In this document: in pieces, positions 28,362-38,531 of the stretch
Position numbering within the stretch: the first letter of the stretch is position 1
How the letters are laid out: each line of letters opens with the position of its first letter
Origin: Candidatus Bathyarchaeota archaeon
Lineage (GTDB): Archaea; Thermoproteota; Bathyarchaeia; Bathyarchaeales; Bathycorpusculaceae
Reading direction: 5' to 3'
NCBI GenBank assembly: GCA_963831895.1
Contig: CAWHSD010000016.1
Location: 62,638 to 126,637 of the forward strand
Length of the DNA stretch: 64,000 nucleotides
The notes under the pieces: generated by a model
The model's input: only the letters and a program-made list of their open reading frames with translations
Told to the model about the DNA's origin: nothing
The model's database searches: none
Position numbers and translations under genes: made by a program

Positions 28362-28468
28362 TGAAGATTTTCGTTTTCAAAATTAGGTTTATATCGGATT
28401 TGATTTAGAATACTTGTGGAGAAGAAAAATAATTGAAGCATTAGTGACATCGGAGAGAGAAAAAAGTT

Positions 28469-29038
28469 TTAAATCATGTCAAAAACGTGTTTAGATAGTT
28501 TTTCTGTTAGGTTTTCTCTATTTGAGAAAGTTACATTAAAAATTTCTGCGTCAATTCTTCGCTTAATCTGAGTTACTAATGGGTCTTTAGCTTTTCCATG
28601 TACGACTGTTAACATCAATTTTTTGCTCTCTAAGGCTTGCGTTACTGCTTGTTTGAACTTCTGGGAGAAAAGTTCCATGGGACCAATCTCGTCGATTGCT
28701 ATGACGTTGCATTTTTCGAGTGCTTGCATTATGGCTGTTGTTCCAATATTGTCAAGGTCCTCGAGGTTGACATTGTACTTGCCTACTAGGGGACCGCCCT
28801 GTCCATTAACATGAGCCAACCATCCATGTTTGTTGTTGGTTAAATCCAAGATTTCAAAGCCCACACGCACATTGTTTTCTCGTACTTCTCGGGTAACCAT
28901 GCCGCCTACTCTGATGCCTTTTGCTTTTAAGGCGTCTACCGTCTTAGTTAGCACGGTGGTTTTTCCAACTCCAGAAGCACCAGTCAAAATTAAAACTCTT
29001 GACATCGACATCTTCATCTTTTGCACCAACTCTACCAT
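28469..29038 (-). CDS. Nucleoside-triphosphatase (THEP1/NTPase_1)
   Basis: GASGVGKTT, RVGF, VGKY, IDEIGPMEL. Confidence 0.9.
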   Translation of the reverse strand: MVELVQKMKMSMSRVLILTGASGVGKTTVLTKTVDALKAKGIRVGGMVTREVRENNVRVGFEILDLTNNKHGWLAHVNGQGGPLVGKYNVNLEDLDNIGTTAIMQALEKCNVIAIDEIGPMELFSQKFKQAVTQALESKKLMLTVVHGKAKDPLVTQIKRRIDAEIFNVTFSNRENLTEKLSKHVFDMI

Positions 29039-29093
29039 AAATCTAATATGTTGATTAAATTGTTTTCATACCAACATACATGGAGCATAATGA

Positions 29094-30314
29094 ATGTCGG
29101 ATAAAGAAGGCTACTTTGCAGATTTTCCCAGCGAGATAATCAAAGAAGGAAAAATTCAAGTTTTAGTGCCCAAACTCGAAGCCTACGTTGTTGTGCCTTC
29201 TGATTATGCGCCTTCCAAAGCTCCAGTGTTCTATAATCCCGTCATGGAACTCAACCGTGACTTAACCGTTTTAGTTTTCAGAGCCTACCAACATATAGTT
29301 AATCATGAAATCAGCATCTGTGAACCCTTCACCAGTCAGGGAATAAGGGGCATACGGTTCGCCGTCGAGGTTGATGGAGTCACAAAGGTGCTTCTAAGCG
29401 ATATTAGTACAACGGCATTAGAACTTGCAAAATACAATGTTGAATTAAACAAGCTGGAAAACATAATTTCTCTCAAACATAAAGATGCTAATTGTATTTT
29501 GAGCTCCAATGCTTCGCCAAAAAAACGTTTTGACATAATAGACATCGATCCATTTGGCACTCCTGTTCCCTATTTGGATTCAGCTTTTAGAGCCCTAAAA
29601 AACAATGGGTTGTTGGCTGCTACTGCAACGGATTTAGCGCCTTTGTGCGGCGTGCATTCGAAGGCCTGTGTTAGAAAATACGGTGGCAAACCTATGCGAA
29701 CTGAGTATTGCCATGAATTAGCGGTGCGGCTATTAGCTGGCTGCATGGCTTCGTTGGCGGCGAAGCATGACATTGGAATCCGAATTCTATTTAGCCATAG
29801 CACAGACCATTACATTCGAATCTACGCTCAGATTGGACATGGTTGCCAAAAAGGAGATGAAAGCCTCAAAAACACAGGGTACATCCTCCATTGCTTCAAT
29901 TGCCTGCACCGTGAAATTTCGCGTCATATTTTTGGCAAAGGCGCCTTATGCCCAGAATGCGGTTCTAAATTGGAGTATGCAGGACCTTTGTGGATAGGCA
30001 GTATCTCTGACTCAACATTTATTGATCAAGTAATTCAGGAAAACCAAAAAACCGCCTTCAAGAACAGTGCCAAAATCACAAAACTCTTGACTCTGACCAA
30101 AAACGAAGCGGCGGCACCCGCAACATACTATGTAATTGACAAGTTAAGTGGAAAACTCAAGTTACCCGGGCCCAGCGTCCAAGCAGTCCTAACCGGAATT
30201 AAAGAGTGTAACTTCGAAGCTGTTCCAACGCACTTTAATACTAGAGGAATCAAAACAGACGCCCCAGCGCTAATTATGCATAAAATACTCAGAGAAATCG
30301 TTGTGCCCAAATAG
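29094..30314 (+). CDS. trm1: tRNA (guanine-N2)-dimethyltransferase
   Basis: VFYNPVMELNRD, GIRGIR, IDIDPFGTP, TATD, zinc ribbon, GPLWIG. Confidence 0.93.
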   Translation: MSDKEGYFADFPSEIIKEGKIQVLVPKLEAYVVVPSDYAPSKAPVFYNPVMELNRDLTVLVFRAYQHIVNHEISICEPFTSQGIRGIRFAVEVDGVTKVLLSDISTTALELAKYNVELNKLENIISLKHKDANCILSSNASPKKRFDIIDIDPFGTPVPYLDSAFRALKNNGLLAATATDLAPLCGVHSKACVRKYGGKPMRTEYCHELAVRLLAGCMASLAAKHDIGIRILFSHSTDHYIRIYAQIGHGCQKGDESLKNTGYILHCFNCLHREISRHIFGKGALCPECGSKLEYAGPLWIGSISDSTFIDQVIQENQKTAFKNSAKITKLLTLTKNEAAAPATYYVIDKLSGKLKLPGPSVQAVLTGIKECNFEAVPTHFNTRGIKTDAPALIMHKILREIVVPK

Positions 30315-30380
30315 CCAGCGATTTTTGCATCAAAAGTTTAAAGAGTAAAACCTGTGTTTCTAACAGGTAAGTGAGCTCTC

Positions 30381-31187
30381 ATGAATGACAAAATCACAGT
30401 AATAGGCGCTGGAATGATGGGCAGCGCCATAATCAAAAGCCTCATTAAAGGTAACTATGGTGGCAAAATAACTGCCGTGGATATTGCTGCTGACAAACTC
30501 AAAGACCTAGAAAAATTTGGCGTAAAAATTACATCGGACAACCGAAAAGCCGCTGCAGATGCAGACATAATCTTCATCATAGTTAAACCTGGGGATGTTG
30601 AAAAGGTTCTAAAGGAGATTACCAAAGAAATTAAGTGCAAACTTCTCATTTCTGTTGCAGCCACGGTACCTCTTGCGTTCTTGCGAAAGAATGCTTCTGA
30701 AGCCCGAATTGTGCGGATTATGCCCAATCTTGGTGCTTTAGTTCAAGCCGCCTACACGGCCTATTGTTGTGAGTCAAACGTCACAGTTGAAGACAAAGAA
30801 AAAGTTAAAACTCTTTTGAATATGATGGGCATTTGTGATGAAATGGATGAAAAATATATGGATGCAATTACTGCTGTCAGCGGTAGCGGACCAGGCTACA
30901 TATCCATTATCATTGAAGCATTAACTTATGCAGGGTTGAAAGTTGGGTTGCCAAGAAATATTGCATTAGCTGCTGCAGCCCAAACTGTAATGGGTACAGG
31001 CAAATTAGTCATTGACTTGCATGAAGACCCTGCAAAAATTAAAGACATGACCACCACCCCAGGCGGGACTACAATCGAAGCCATTTATCAAATTGAACAA
31101 TCTCAAATTCGACCCGCCATGATACGCGCCATTGAAGAAGCCACTAAGAAAAGTCAATCAATTAGAGAAAAACTCAACCTAAACTAG
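30381..31187 (+). CDS. proC: Pyrroline-5-carboxylate reductase
   Basis: IGAGMMG, RIMPN, SGSGPGY, TTPGGTT. Confidence 0.95.
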   Translation: MNDKITVIGAGMMGSAIIKSLIKGNYGGKITAVDIAADKLKDLEKFGVKITSDNRKAAADADIIFIIVKPGDVEKVLKEITKEIKCKLLISVAATVPLAFLRKNASEARIVRIMPNLGALVQAAYTAYCCESNVTVEDKEKVKTLLNMMGICDEMDEKYMDAITAVSGSGPGYISIIIEALTYAGLKVGLPRNIALAAAAQTVMGTGKLVIDLHEDPAKIKDMTTTPGGTTIEAIYQIEQSQIRPAMIRAIEEATKKSQSIREKLNLN

Positions 31188-31195
31188 CGAAAGCA

Positions 31196-31849
31196 ATGTT
31201 TGAAGCTGCTATCTTTGATTGGGACGGAACCCTCGCCGATACGCGAAAAGTAATTGTAGTTTCATTCCAAAAAGCCCTCAAAGAAATCAACCTCGAAGTC
31301 TCAACCCAATTTATTGAACGTAGAATCGGAATGGGTGCATCTGAGACATTCCGCGAGATACTCCAAACAGCAAATAAACAAGTTGACGAAAAAATCGTTA
31401 AACAACTCGTAGCTCGGAAAAGTAAAGTCCAAATCGAATTAGCCAATGAAGTGACATTGTTTGAGGGAGCACGAGAGCTTCTGGAGGCACTTCGGGGCAA
31501 GGTAAAGGTAGGTTTGGCGTCAATGAATAACCGTGCCGTCATATTGCAACTGCTTCAATCTAATAGGCTAGCAGATTGTTTTGATGTGGTCTTAACAGTT
31601 GAGGCGGTTTCTCATTCTAAGCCTGATCCAGAAATTTTCCTTAAAACGGCTGAACAACTCAAGGTTAAGCCGCAGGCATGTGTGGTTTTTGAGGATTCGA
31701 TCTTTGGAGTTAAAGCAGCGAAATCCGCAAATATGGGCTGCATCGCAGTTACCACAGGCGTTTACAAAGAGGAAGAACTTAAGGTGGAAAGACCTGATTT
31801 AATAATTGAGTCCCTTAGAAACCGCCAAATTTTGCCTTTCATTTTTTAA
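31196..31849 (+). CDS. HAD-family phosphatase
   Basis: FDWDGTL, KPDPEIF, FEDS..G. Confidence 0.9.
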   Translation: MFEAAIFDWDGTLADTRKVIVVSFQKALKEINLEVSTQFIERRIGMGASETFREILQTANKQVDEKIVKQLVARKSKVQIELANEVTLFEGARELLEALRGKVKVGLASMNNRAVILQLLQSNRLADCFDVVLTVEAVSHSKPDPEIFLKTAEQLKVKPQACVVFEDSIFGVKAAKSANMGCIAVTTGVYKEEELKVERPDLIIESLRNRQILPFIF

Positions 31850-31947
31850 ATAATATAACGTTGTGGTAGCGGGCTAGCAACAACATAGCTTTAAACATTT
31901 TTCGAAGAACTATACAGTACTCTCAAAACTCTGTAGGAAGAATTAAC

Positions 31948-32217
31948 GTGACTGTTCAGCTAAAAAAAAGGACTAAACCATCGGTTTTTCAAGTGTTGCT
32001 CTTAAACAAAGATGACAGCGAAGATGTTGAGGTTCAGGAAGCATTAAAAGTGAATTTTTTCCAAGTTAAAGAACACCTCAAAAATGGCGGATCAGTATTC
32101 ATTACAAGCACAGGCTCAGAAAAACTTTCTTTTCCAAAAGCCAAAGCACAACAAAACTATAGCAGGTCTAGACGAACCTATGGATTTCTCTTCCGACAGC
32201 ATCTGAGAAGTTCATAA
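31948..32217 (+). CDS. Small hypothetical protein
   Basis: 89-aa ORF preceded by a TTTAAA box and GGAAG. Confidence 0.6.
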   Translation: MTVQLKKRTKPSVFQVLLLNKDDSEDVEVQEALKVNFFQVKEHLKNGGSVFITSTGSEKLSFPKAKAQQNYSRSRRTYGFLFRQHLRSS

Positions 32218-32341
32218 CTGTGTGACGTGCATCCATGGTTCACTTTACCCCTCTCTCTTCCAAATATCTTTTGGGTGCACGCCACTCCTGCTTTTTCAAA
32301 AAATATATTGTAACCCTTAAAACAAGAATATCAGAAAATCG

Positions 32342-33403
32342 TTATTTTTTCTTTCTTAAAGCTTCTGGAACATACCCGCATCGTGGGTCCGAACCTAAAA
32401 TGTCACCTGTATAAAATAATGCTGCTGATCGGCATCCTCCACAAAGGTCTTTGTATTCACAAGCGCCACATTTGCCCTTGATGTTAGCCTTATCCTTGAC
32501 TTGGTTAAAGAATTCACTTTTTTGCATGCTCTCCCAAATCTTTTTGATTGGTTTTTCTTTAATGTTTCCCACGCGGTAGGCGTCGTTGTAACTGCAGGGA
32601 ATGACGTCACCGTTTTCTGCTATACTGAGAAATTTGCCAAAAAAGCACCTACCGAGAAAAAAGCCGTTAAACCATTTTTCAAAGTCAGGCATACCGCGTT
32701 GTTTGGCAACTCGTGCATAGAAAGGAATGTACACGTTGATGCCAGGTTTCCCTTTGTATTCAGCGGTTAAATCGTAGAGTTTGTTGCATACCCACTCGTA
32801 CTGGGCAGGGGTAGGGTCTGCTTTACTGCAGTCTTTGCTGTAGGGGATTAAGCCGTGGAAGACTACCCAGCGTGCATCATATTCCTTCGCTAAATCTAGT
32901 ACGTGCCGCATATCTTCTTCATTTACGTTGGTGACTTTCCCGGCGTTAGCAAAAGTGTAAACAAGGCAATTGAGGAGTTTTTCCTTTGAAAATCGTTGTA
33001 TAGCTAAGACAGCGGCTTTGTAAGCGCCTTTGCCGCGGATAGCATCATCTACTTCTTCTTCACCATCGATGCTTACAGAGAGTTTGGTTTGATTTTTAAC
33101 GATTTTTTTTATTGCTTTCTCATCAAGGAGGCGACCATCGGTTATGATGCTTGTGTTTAAGCCAAGTTTTGTAGCGTGATCTAGCACTTCGAAGAGGTCT
33201 TTTCGGAGAAACGGTTGTCCACCTGTAATTCCAAAGAAACTGGCACCGAAATCTGCGACTTGGTCAACGATTTTCAAAGCGTCTTTGGTGTTCAACTCGT
33301 CTGAGGCTGCTTTTTTTCCTGCTGAAGTGCAGTGGAGGCAGTTGCTGTCGCATTCGAAAGTGCATCGCCAAGGAATAATTAATACTGGACTTTTATCTTT
33401 CAA
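32342..33403 (-). CDS. Radical SAM / SPASM domain protein
   Basis: CDSNCLHC; TGGQPFLR; SPASM C..GDVIPC..CGAC..CGGCR..C. Confidence 0.92.
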   Translation of the reverse strand: MKDKSPVLIIPWRCTFECDSNCLHCTSAGKKAASDELNTKDALKIVDQVADFGASFFGITGGQPFLRKDLFEVLDHATKLGLNTSIITDGRLLDEKAIKKIVKNQTKLSVSIDGEEEVDDAIRGKGAYKAAVLAIQRFSKEKLLNCLVYTFANAGKVTNVNEEDMRHVLDLAKEYDARWVVFHGLIPYSKDCSKADPTPAQYEWVCNKLYDLTAEYKGKPGINVYIPFYARVAKQRGMPDFEKWFNGFFLGRCFFGKFLSIAENGDVIPCSYNDAYRVGNIKEKPIKKIWESMQKSEFFNQVKDKANIKGKCGACEYKDLCGGCRSAALFYTGDILGSDPRCGYVPEALRKKK

Positions 33404-33545
33404 GCCGACTCACCAAGATGATAATCTATTTGAAACAGGTTTTTTGCTATTTAACACTTCACGTTGTAATGTCTAATTCAATGAGATAAAAATGATTAAC
33501 AGAATTCTTAAATCTCTAAGAAAACTTCTTTTTAATAGTGATTTT

Positions 33546-33965
33546 ATGGCAAAACTTAAAGCAAATGCAAAACTTTTAGAAAATGTCCGTTTAGTGACTG
33601 ATAATGGTCGTGGACATAGCGTTGTCTGTGATTTATCTGAAGCTGCAGGTGGAACTAATGCTGGTCCAACACCTTTGGAGTTGGCTTTGATGGCTTTATC
33701 AGGCTGTGGAGTAATAATTTATGCAGATGTCTGCAAGAACAGCAAGATTGACCCGGGAAACATCGAAATCGCTGCGGAAGCAGAAAAAACCCCGAATTCC
33801 CCAATATTAACTGGGGTAACTATGAAAGTTAAAATTGTTTCGAAGACAAGGAAAGCATTGGTGGAAGCTGCGTGGAGAAGAACGGAAGCTGGTTGCCCTG
33901 TGCTGTTTGTTTACAAGGAATCAGTGCCTGTTAAAGTTGATGTGGAAATAAAAACGTCAGAATAA
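33546..33965 (+). CDS. OsmC-family protein
   Basis: GPTPLEL..ALSGC ... GCPV. Confidence 0.88.
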   Translation: MAKLKANAKLLENVRLVTDNGRGHSVVCDLSEAAGGTNAGPTPLELALMALSGCGVIIYADVCKNSKIDPGNIEIAAEAEKTPNSPILTGVTMKVKIVSKTRKALVEAAWRRTEAGCPVLFVYKESVPVKVDVEIKTSE

Positions 33966-34050
33966 AACTTTTTTTTGACCTATTCGCCCTTCTTTTGTCT
34001 TCTAAATCCGTTCTTGCAAAATTTTTTAAGCAACTTCTTTTTTATGTTAA

Positions 34051-34242
34051 TTGAGGAGAAGAAGGAGAATGGAAGAGGATATTATGTTTAGCACGCGCCA
34101 GCTTAATTGTGATCATGAAAAACAGGAATTGTATACTCAAAGACGCTTTGACATCTTAAACGGCTTCGAATTAAACTTAACCCGATGCCTTAATTGCCAC
34201 AAAATTGTAGAGTTAGAGACAAAGAAATTCGCTAAGAGCTAG
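34051..34242 (+). CDS. Small putative zinc-binding protein
   Basis: CDH ... RCLNCHK. Confidence 0.5.
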   Translation: MRRRRRMEEDIMFSTRQLNCDHEKQELYTQRRFDILNGFELNLTRCLNCHKIVELETKKFAKS

Positions 34243-34654
34243 TTTTTTGGTCTTTGGCGGACAAATAGAGTTCGCCTTTTTTTAGCTGGTCTAGCGCATT
34301 CTGCGTTTCTAAAGATGTCAATTTGCATGTTTTCGGGTCTTTTAAGAATGGAAGTTCTTGAGGAGCATTTTGGATTATATGTAGATCTTCCCATGTTACT
34401 TTGAGGTCTTCTGACGGTATGTGAGTGTCAACATCCATTGCCCATGCCCCAGCGTCTAATTCATCACCTTCAGAAAGGGCTGTGAATGGACCAAGCAAAC
34501 TTTTCTCGTCTAAGTTATAGAGGAAAATTATTGAGCCTACCTTGATTTGATCTTCCTTAGGCTTGGTTTTTTCATCTACACAGGTGTATTTTTTGTTGCT
34601 TAAACATTCCTGTAGAGATGTTTTGTTACAAAAAAATACGTATCCGTCGTACAT
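34232..34654 (-). CDS. DCD (development and cell death)-like domain protein
   Basis: GYVFFCN..SLQECL, IKVGSIIFLYNLDEKSLLGPFTALSEG, AW. Confidence 0.6.
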   Translation of the reverse strand: MYDGYVFFCNKTSLQECLSNKKYTCVDEKTKPKEDQIKVGSIIFLYNLDEKSLLGPFTALSEGDELDAGAWAMDVDTHIPSEDLKVTWEDLHIIQNAPQELPFLKDPKTCKLTSLETQNALDQLKKGELYLSAKDQKTSS

Positions 34655-34787
34655 AACTAGATAAAACCTTCTTCTATAGTGGGAAGCGTCTCCCCGTTTA
34701 TTTCCTTTTCTTTTTTGAAAGTATAGAAGATGAGTATCCAACTAGAAAATTATATTAAACATTGCTTGATGTTGCTAATTTGTACAG

Positions 34788-36212
34788 GTGGAATGCGCTT
34801 TCAAGACTGTTTCAGTTGCTAAATTCGGTGGAAGCCTTCTTGATGTCGAAGGCAAAGGAATCCCAAAAATAATAAAGCAGATAACGGAAATCAAAGTTAA
34901 AGACGGTTGTGGACCAATCGCCGTTTTTTCTGCACCTTTGGGCTGCACAGACGCACTCATAAAGATAGGAGAATCTTACGCGCAAGCTTGCCAGCTACCA
35001 TTGGACCCTGTTTTTGAAGTCTATGAACGTTTAGCTAAGCTTTACGTTAAAGGAAAATGGCTAAAACAAGTCCAAGAGGAACTAGCTAATTTCAAGGCGT
35101 TAACCCAGGCCACCTTGGATGCTGTGAACAAACGTTTTAGCGGAAACATCAAAGCCCGAACGCTCACATTGGGAGGCGAGCTTGCCATGTCCATGTTGAT
35201 GGATTACATTCTAAAAAGTCATGAATTGGATTCATGCAGTCTCTCCTTGGAAAACTGGCCAATTGTAACCGACGACAATTTTGAAGATGCCCTACCAAAT
35301 TATGAGTTAAGCAAAAAAAGGCTTCATACTTTAATCGAACCCCTTAAAGAGGGCAAGGTTATTTCGTTGGCAGGTTTCTTAGGAGGCACAGCCGACGGAC
35401 TTGAAACAATCTTGGGCAGGGGTGGTTCAGATTTAACCGCTGTCTTTGCGTCTTGCCTTCTAAAAGATGTTTACACAACAAAAACGCTACTCTACAAAGA
35501 TATGCCGGTTCAAAGCGCTGACCCCAAGGTGGTGCGAGGACAAAAAACTGAACACGTTAACGCATTAACCTACAATGAAGCACATAAAGCATCGATGATG
35601 GGTATGAAAATCGTGCAGAGCCCAGCGATTGCAATGGCAAGACGTTTTGGTCAACCATTGATTGTTGTACCAATAGATAACCCAAAAATGCAATCTATTA
35701 TTAAATCCGAAACAACAGGTGGAGAAGTTGTAAAATGTTTAACTGGCAAGTCTGGCTGTGCAATCCTCTCGATGAATGATGAAAAAAGCCGCTCCCTTGA
35801 AGACTTATTGCGAATATGGGAACGAAGAAACGACTTTATGGATTTAGGCGCTGAAACTATGGAAACTGGCGAGCGCATCCGCGACTTCCTCTTTCTAGAT
35901 TCAGATTTTCTAAAAAAGAATGAAGAAAAAATCAAGGGCTTTGACGAGAAAATGAGGATAAATTACGGTTTAGGGGTGGTGACGTTGATTGGCGATCGAA
36001 TGAAAGATTCACCAGGTGTGGCTTCTCTGGCTATCAGCGCGATATCAGGCATCAATATTAAACGCGGAATCTTCGCACCCCACACATCGCAAATAATTCT
36101 TGTTGTTGAGGAAAAAAATGTTAACGCAACCGTTGCAGCAATACATTTAAAGAAACAGGAACTAAATAAGAATCCGCCAAACTGGCCAATGGGATTTCAA
36201 TCATCAGCTTAA
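34788..36212 (+). CDS. Aspartate kinase
   Basis: VAKFGGS, GF, LGRGGSDLTA, SADPK, C-terminal ACT (VTLIG..MKDSPGVA). Confidence 0.88.
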   Translation: MECAFKTVSVAKFGGSLLDVEGKGIPKIIKQITEIKVKDGCGPIAVFSAPLGCTDALIKIGESYAQACQLPLDPVFEVYERLAKLYVKGKWLKQVQEELANFKALTQATLDAVNKRFSGNIKARTLTLGGELAMSMLMDYILKSHELDSCSLSLENWPIVTDDNFEDALPNYELSKKRLHTLIEPLKEGKVISLAGFLGGTADGLETILGRGGSDLTAVFASCLLKDVYTTKTLLYKDMPVQSADPKVVRGQKTEHVNALTYNEAHKASMMGMKIVQSPAIAMARRFGQPLIVVPIDNPKMQSIIKSETTGGEVVKCLTGKSGCAILSMNDEKSRSLEDLLRIWERRNDFMDLGAETMETGERIRDFLFLDSDFLKKNEEKIKGFDEKMRINYGLGVVTLIGDRMKDSPGVASLAISAISGINIKRGIFAPHTSQIILVVEEKNVNATVAAIHLKKQELNKNPPNWPMGFQSSA

Positions 36213-36498
36213 ATCCCCAGTTGTCTCTTGGAAAAAAAATTCGGTAAGCAAGAACTATGGTTTCCACTTTTTGTAGGACTTGCAGCAGTGCAAATATGGG
36301 GAACCGAGACTTTTTTGCTCAAGCACCCGTCCTGAAAAAACGCCGTTGAAAAAATGCCGAATTCCTAAATCTGGATTATCTAATGAAAATGAAAAAACCA
36401 TTAATGAACACTTTCATTGACCTCTCCCCGAACACACGGTGTCGAGTGGACACCCACATTTTAAGCATTATCCGCGATAGCGGGGCTTTGTGAACAAC

Positions 36499-36721
36499 AT
36501 GGGCCAAAACGAAACCATAACGGCAAAAGACTTACAGATAGATTTAACATTGCACAATATGTCTGAAGCTCAAAGAGTTCGCATTAAAAATTGTTAAGCC
36601 CTACTTTGGCGGCAACATGAACAAAGCCATCAGAAGTCTAATGGATAAAGCCATAGAAGAAGAAACTATAGTAAACCAAACTATGATAATGGAAAATAAA
36701 CTTGTACCGAGCGAAATTTGA
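36499..36721 (+). pseudogene. Frameshifted small RHH-like protein
   Basis: MGQNETITAKDLQIDLTLHNMSEA / LKEFALKIVKPYFGGNMNKAIRSLMDKAIEEE in different frames. Confidence 0.45.
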
Positions 36722-37250
36722 TTAATTTTTGAGTGGGCAACTCAAAAGAATTTGAAGCATCATAATCTTCTGATGTACGAAGTTTTTTGCGCCTCACCAA
36801 AAAAATTATCATAATAATTCCAAGGAAAGCAATAACTATTGAATAAAATAGGTAAACAGGAGGTATTCCAGATGAATTATTACGGGCTGATATGTCTGGA
36901 TTTGTAATGTAGGAGAATGTAACTTGGATCGAGTTAGTCAGGTCGTTCTCAAAATTCATTGTATAGTTTCCGTATTGATTTGCAACAAAACTGAATGCGC
37001 CTGTTTTGTCGATTAAGCCCAGATTTACGATTTGGGCTCCGTTTGGATCGTTAACCCAAAACCTAACAGTGCCCGTGGTTGAGATTGAGCCGTTAAACAT
37101 GGCTCCAGCAGGCAACATTATGGGCAATTGAGCTGATGATGCGGAAAGAGTGATTGCCGGAAGATTAGTAGCAGATGCAAAAAGAGCCATAAATGACGTT
37201 ATTAGAAGGACCGTTATTGCGATACTGGTTAGTACTTTGATTTTTTTCAT
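36681..37250 (-). CDS. Secreted, C-terminally anchored beta-sandwich (GOLD-like) protein
   Basis: Signal peptide MKKIKVL...; V.DPNG, FSFVA...GNYTMNFEN; TM + RRKK. Confidence 0.7.
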   Translation of the reverse strand: MKKIKVLTSIAITVLLITSFMALFASATNLPAITLSASSAQLPIMLPAGAMFNGSISTTGTVRFWVNDPNGAQIVNLGLIDKTGAFSFVANQYGNYTMNFENDLTNSIQVTFSYITNPDISARNNSSGIPPVYLFYSIVIAFLGIIMIIFLVRRKKLRTSEDYDASNSFELPTQKLIKFRSVQVYFPLS

Positions 37251-37455
37251 TTTTCCAACTCGATGGATGCCCAGAGAAGAGAAAGCGGGTCTTAATAACA
37301 ATCACGTTGAAAAAGAGAAAGAACAATTTGAAGCGCTATGACATATTTTAAATGAGAGATATACCCCTAAAATTTGAGTTGCTATTAAAGCGAACAACGA
37401 GAATATCTACAATAGAAACTCAGATCCGAACCTAATATTGAAGGGTTATCTGGAA

Positions 37456-37592
37456 GTATTTGTTGCTGTTAGAAGAAAAGCAGCTGTTTTGCCTAATCTT
37501 TGGGGTTGTTTTTTAGTTGCTTTTTGGGTTTATGACATCTTCAGGTTGCGTCTGGAAAAGTCACAGAACGTCATAGAACCTCACAGAAAGTC
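37456..37592 (+). repeat. Dispersed degenerate non-coding element, copy 2
   Basis: Collinear similarity to 17143-17292, including four 10-bp phased units. Confidence 0.6.
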
Positions 37593-37722
37593 AATAAAAG
37601 AAAGGGTCGCAGGTTCTTTGAATCTAAGTTGAAAGATGTTGGAGTCGTGTGGTTGTGATTGTTGATATGCAGTCACAGAGTCTTAAAGGCACGTCTTCAT
37701 AAAAATAAGAACGGTGTTTTAA

Positions 37723-38001
37723 ATGGAAAAAAGCATGATGAAATATCAAGTTTTAATCAAAACAATTTTAGGAAAAGGCGGAGATTTCTGGGGAGCATTC
37801 CAAAAAATGCCTACCGAACCTATGAAAGGAGTAATGATAGAGTCCTCATGGAGCTTGTATGGATACTGGGACTTCGTACTTTTCTTTAAAGCCGACAGCA
37901 ATGAAAACAGCCTTCACTTCGTAGGAGAAGTCTTACGAGCAATGCCGGGGATCGCCGAAACCAGCACTTCACCAATGACCGTACTCAAAGAGCACAAATA
38001 G
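37723..38001 (+). CDS. Stand-alone Lrp/AsnC ligand-binding (RAM/GYD-like) domain protein
   Basis: LYGYWDFVL ... LRAMPGIAETSTS. Confidence 0.7.
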   Translation: MEKSMMKYQVLIKTILGKGGDFWGAFQKMPTEPMKGVMIESSWSLYGYWDFVLFFKADSNENSLHFVGEVLRAMPGIAETSTSPMTVLKEHK

Positions 38002-38180
38002 CAATAGAGAACTGCAATCGCTTTTTTCTTATCATCTTATTTTTGTACTTATATAGCCTTAGGATGTAATTCTCAACCTCTAATTAATCAAAAGACGGTA
38101 CCCAAGTATCAATTTTCTTAAATAATAATTTTTAAATTGTAATAACAAAAATGTAAAAAGGGCACTTGGTAGGCGTGAAA

Positions 38181-38531
38181 TTATTCGAAAGAGTCTAAAT
38201 TAATTTTAGTTGCAATGAGAAGAACCTGTTCGGCCAAGAACTCTGTTAAGACTCCTGAGTTTTCAGGTGTTGTTTTATGTTTGATGGTTACATGATTATC
38301 TATAGCGAGGTTCATAGCTTTTAAATCGGGAACTACCAATATTTCTGAGCCACATTTGCATCTTACAATAGGCATACGTCTTTTATGAACTGCTACTTTT
38401 CTCTGGCGACTTCGGCTTAAACAGAATTTGGTTTCTTTGCTACTTTTTTTAGTCACCAACATATGCCTCGTTTGTCGAACCGAACAATTTAGTTTAAACA
38501 TGTATCTGATATAAGAAGTATTAGTATGCAC
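38181..38531 (-). CDS. Small putative zinc-finger protein
   Basis: VRCKCG.EIL.VPD...IDNH...H; true start probably internal. Confidence 0.55.
   Translation of the reverse strand: MHTNTSYIRYMFKLNCSVRQTRHMLVTKKSSKETKFCLSRSRQRKVAVHKRRMPIVRCKCGSEILVVPDLKAMNLAIDNHVTIKHKTTPENSGVLTEFLAEQVLLIATKINLDSFE

Noticed and set aside
26560-28400. Integrated element at tRNA-Tyr
   Set aside because: No integrase and no duplicated tRNA 3' end seen in the window
32342-34242. Radical SAM/SPASM as a RiPP maturase with a nearby precursor
   Set aside because: No co-oriented precursor peptide, RRE, protease or exporter
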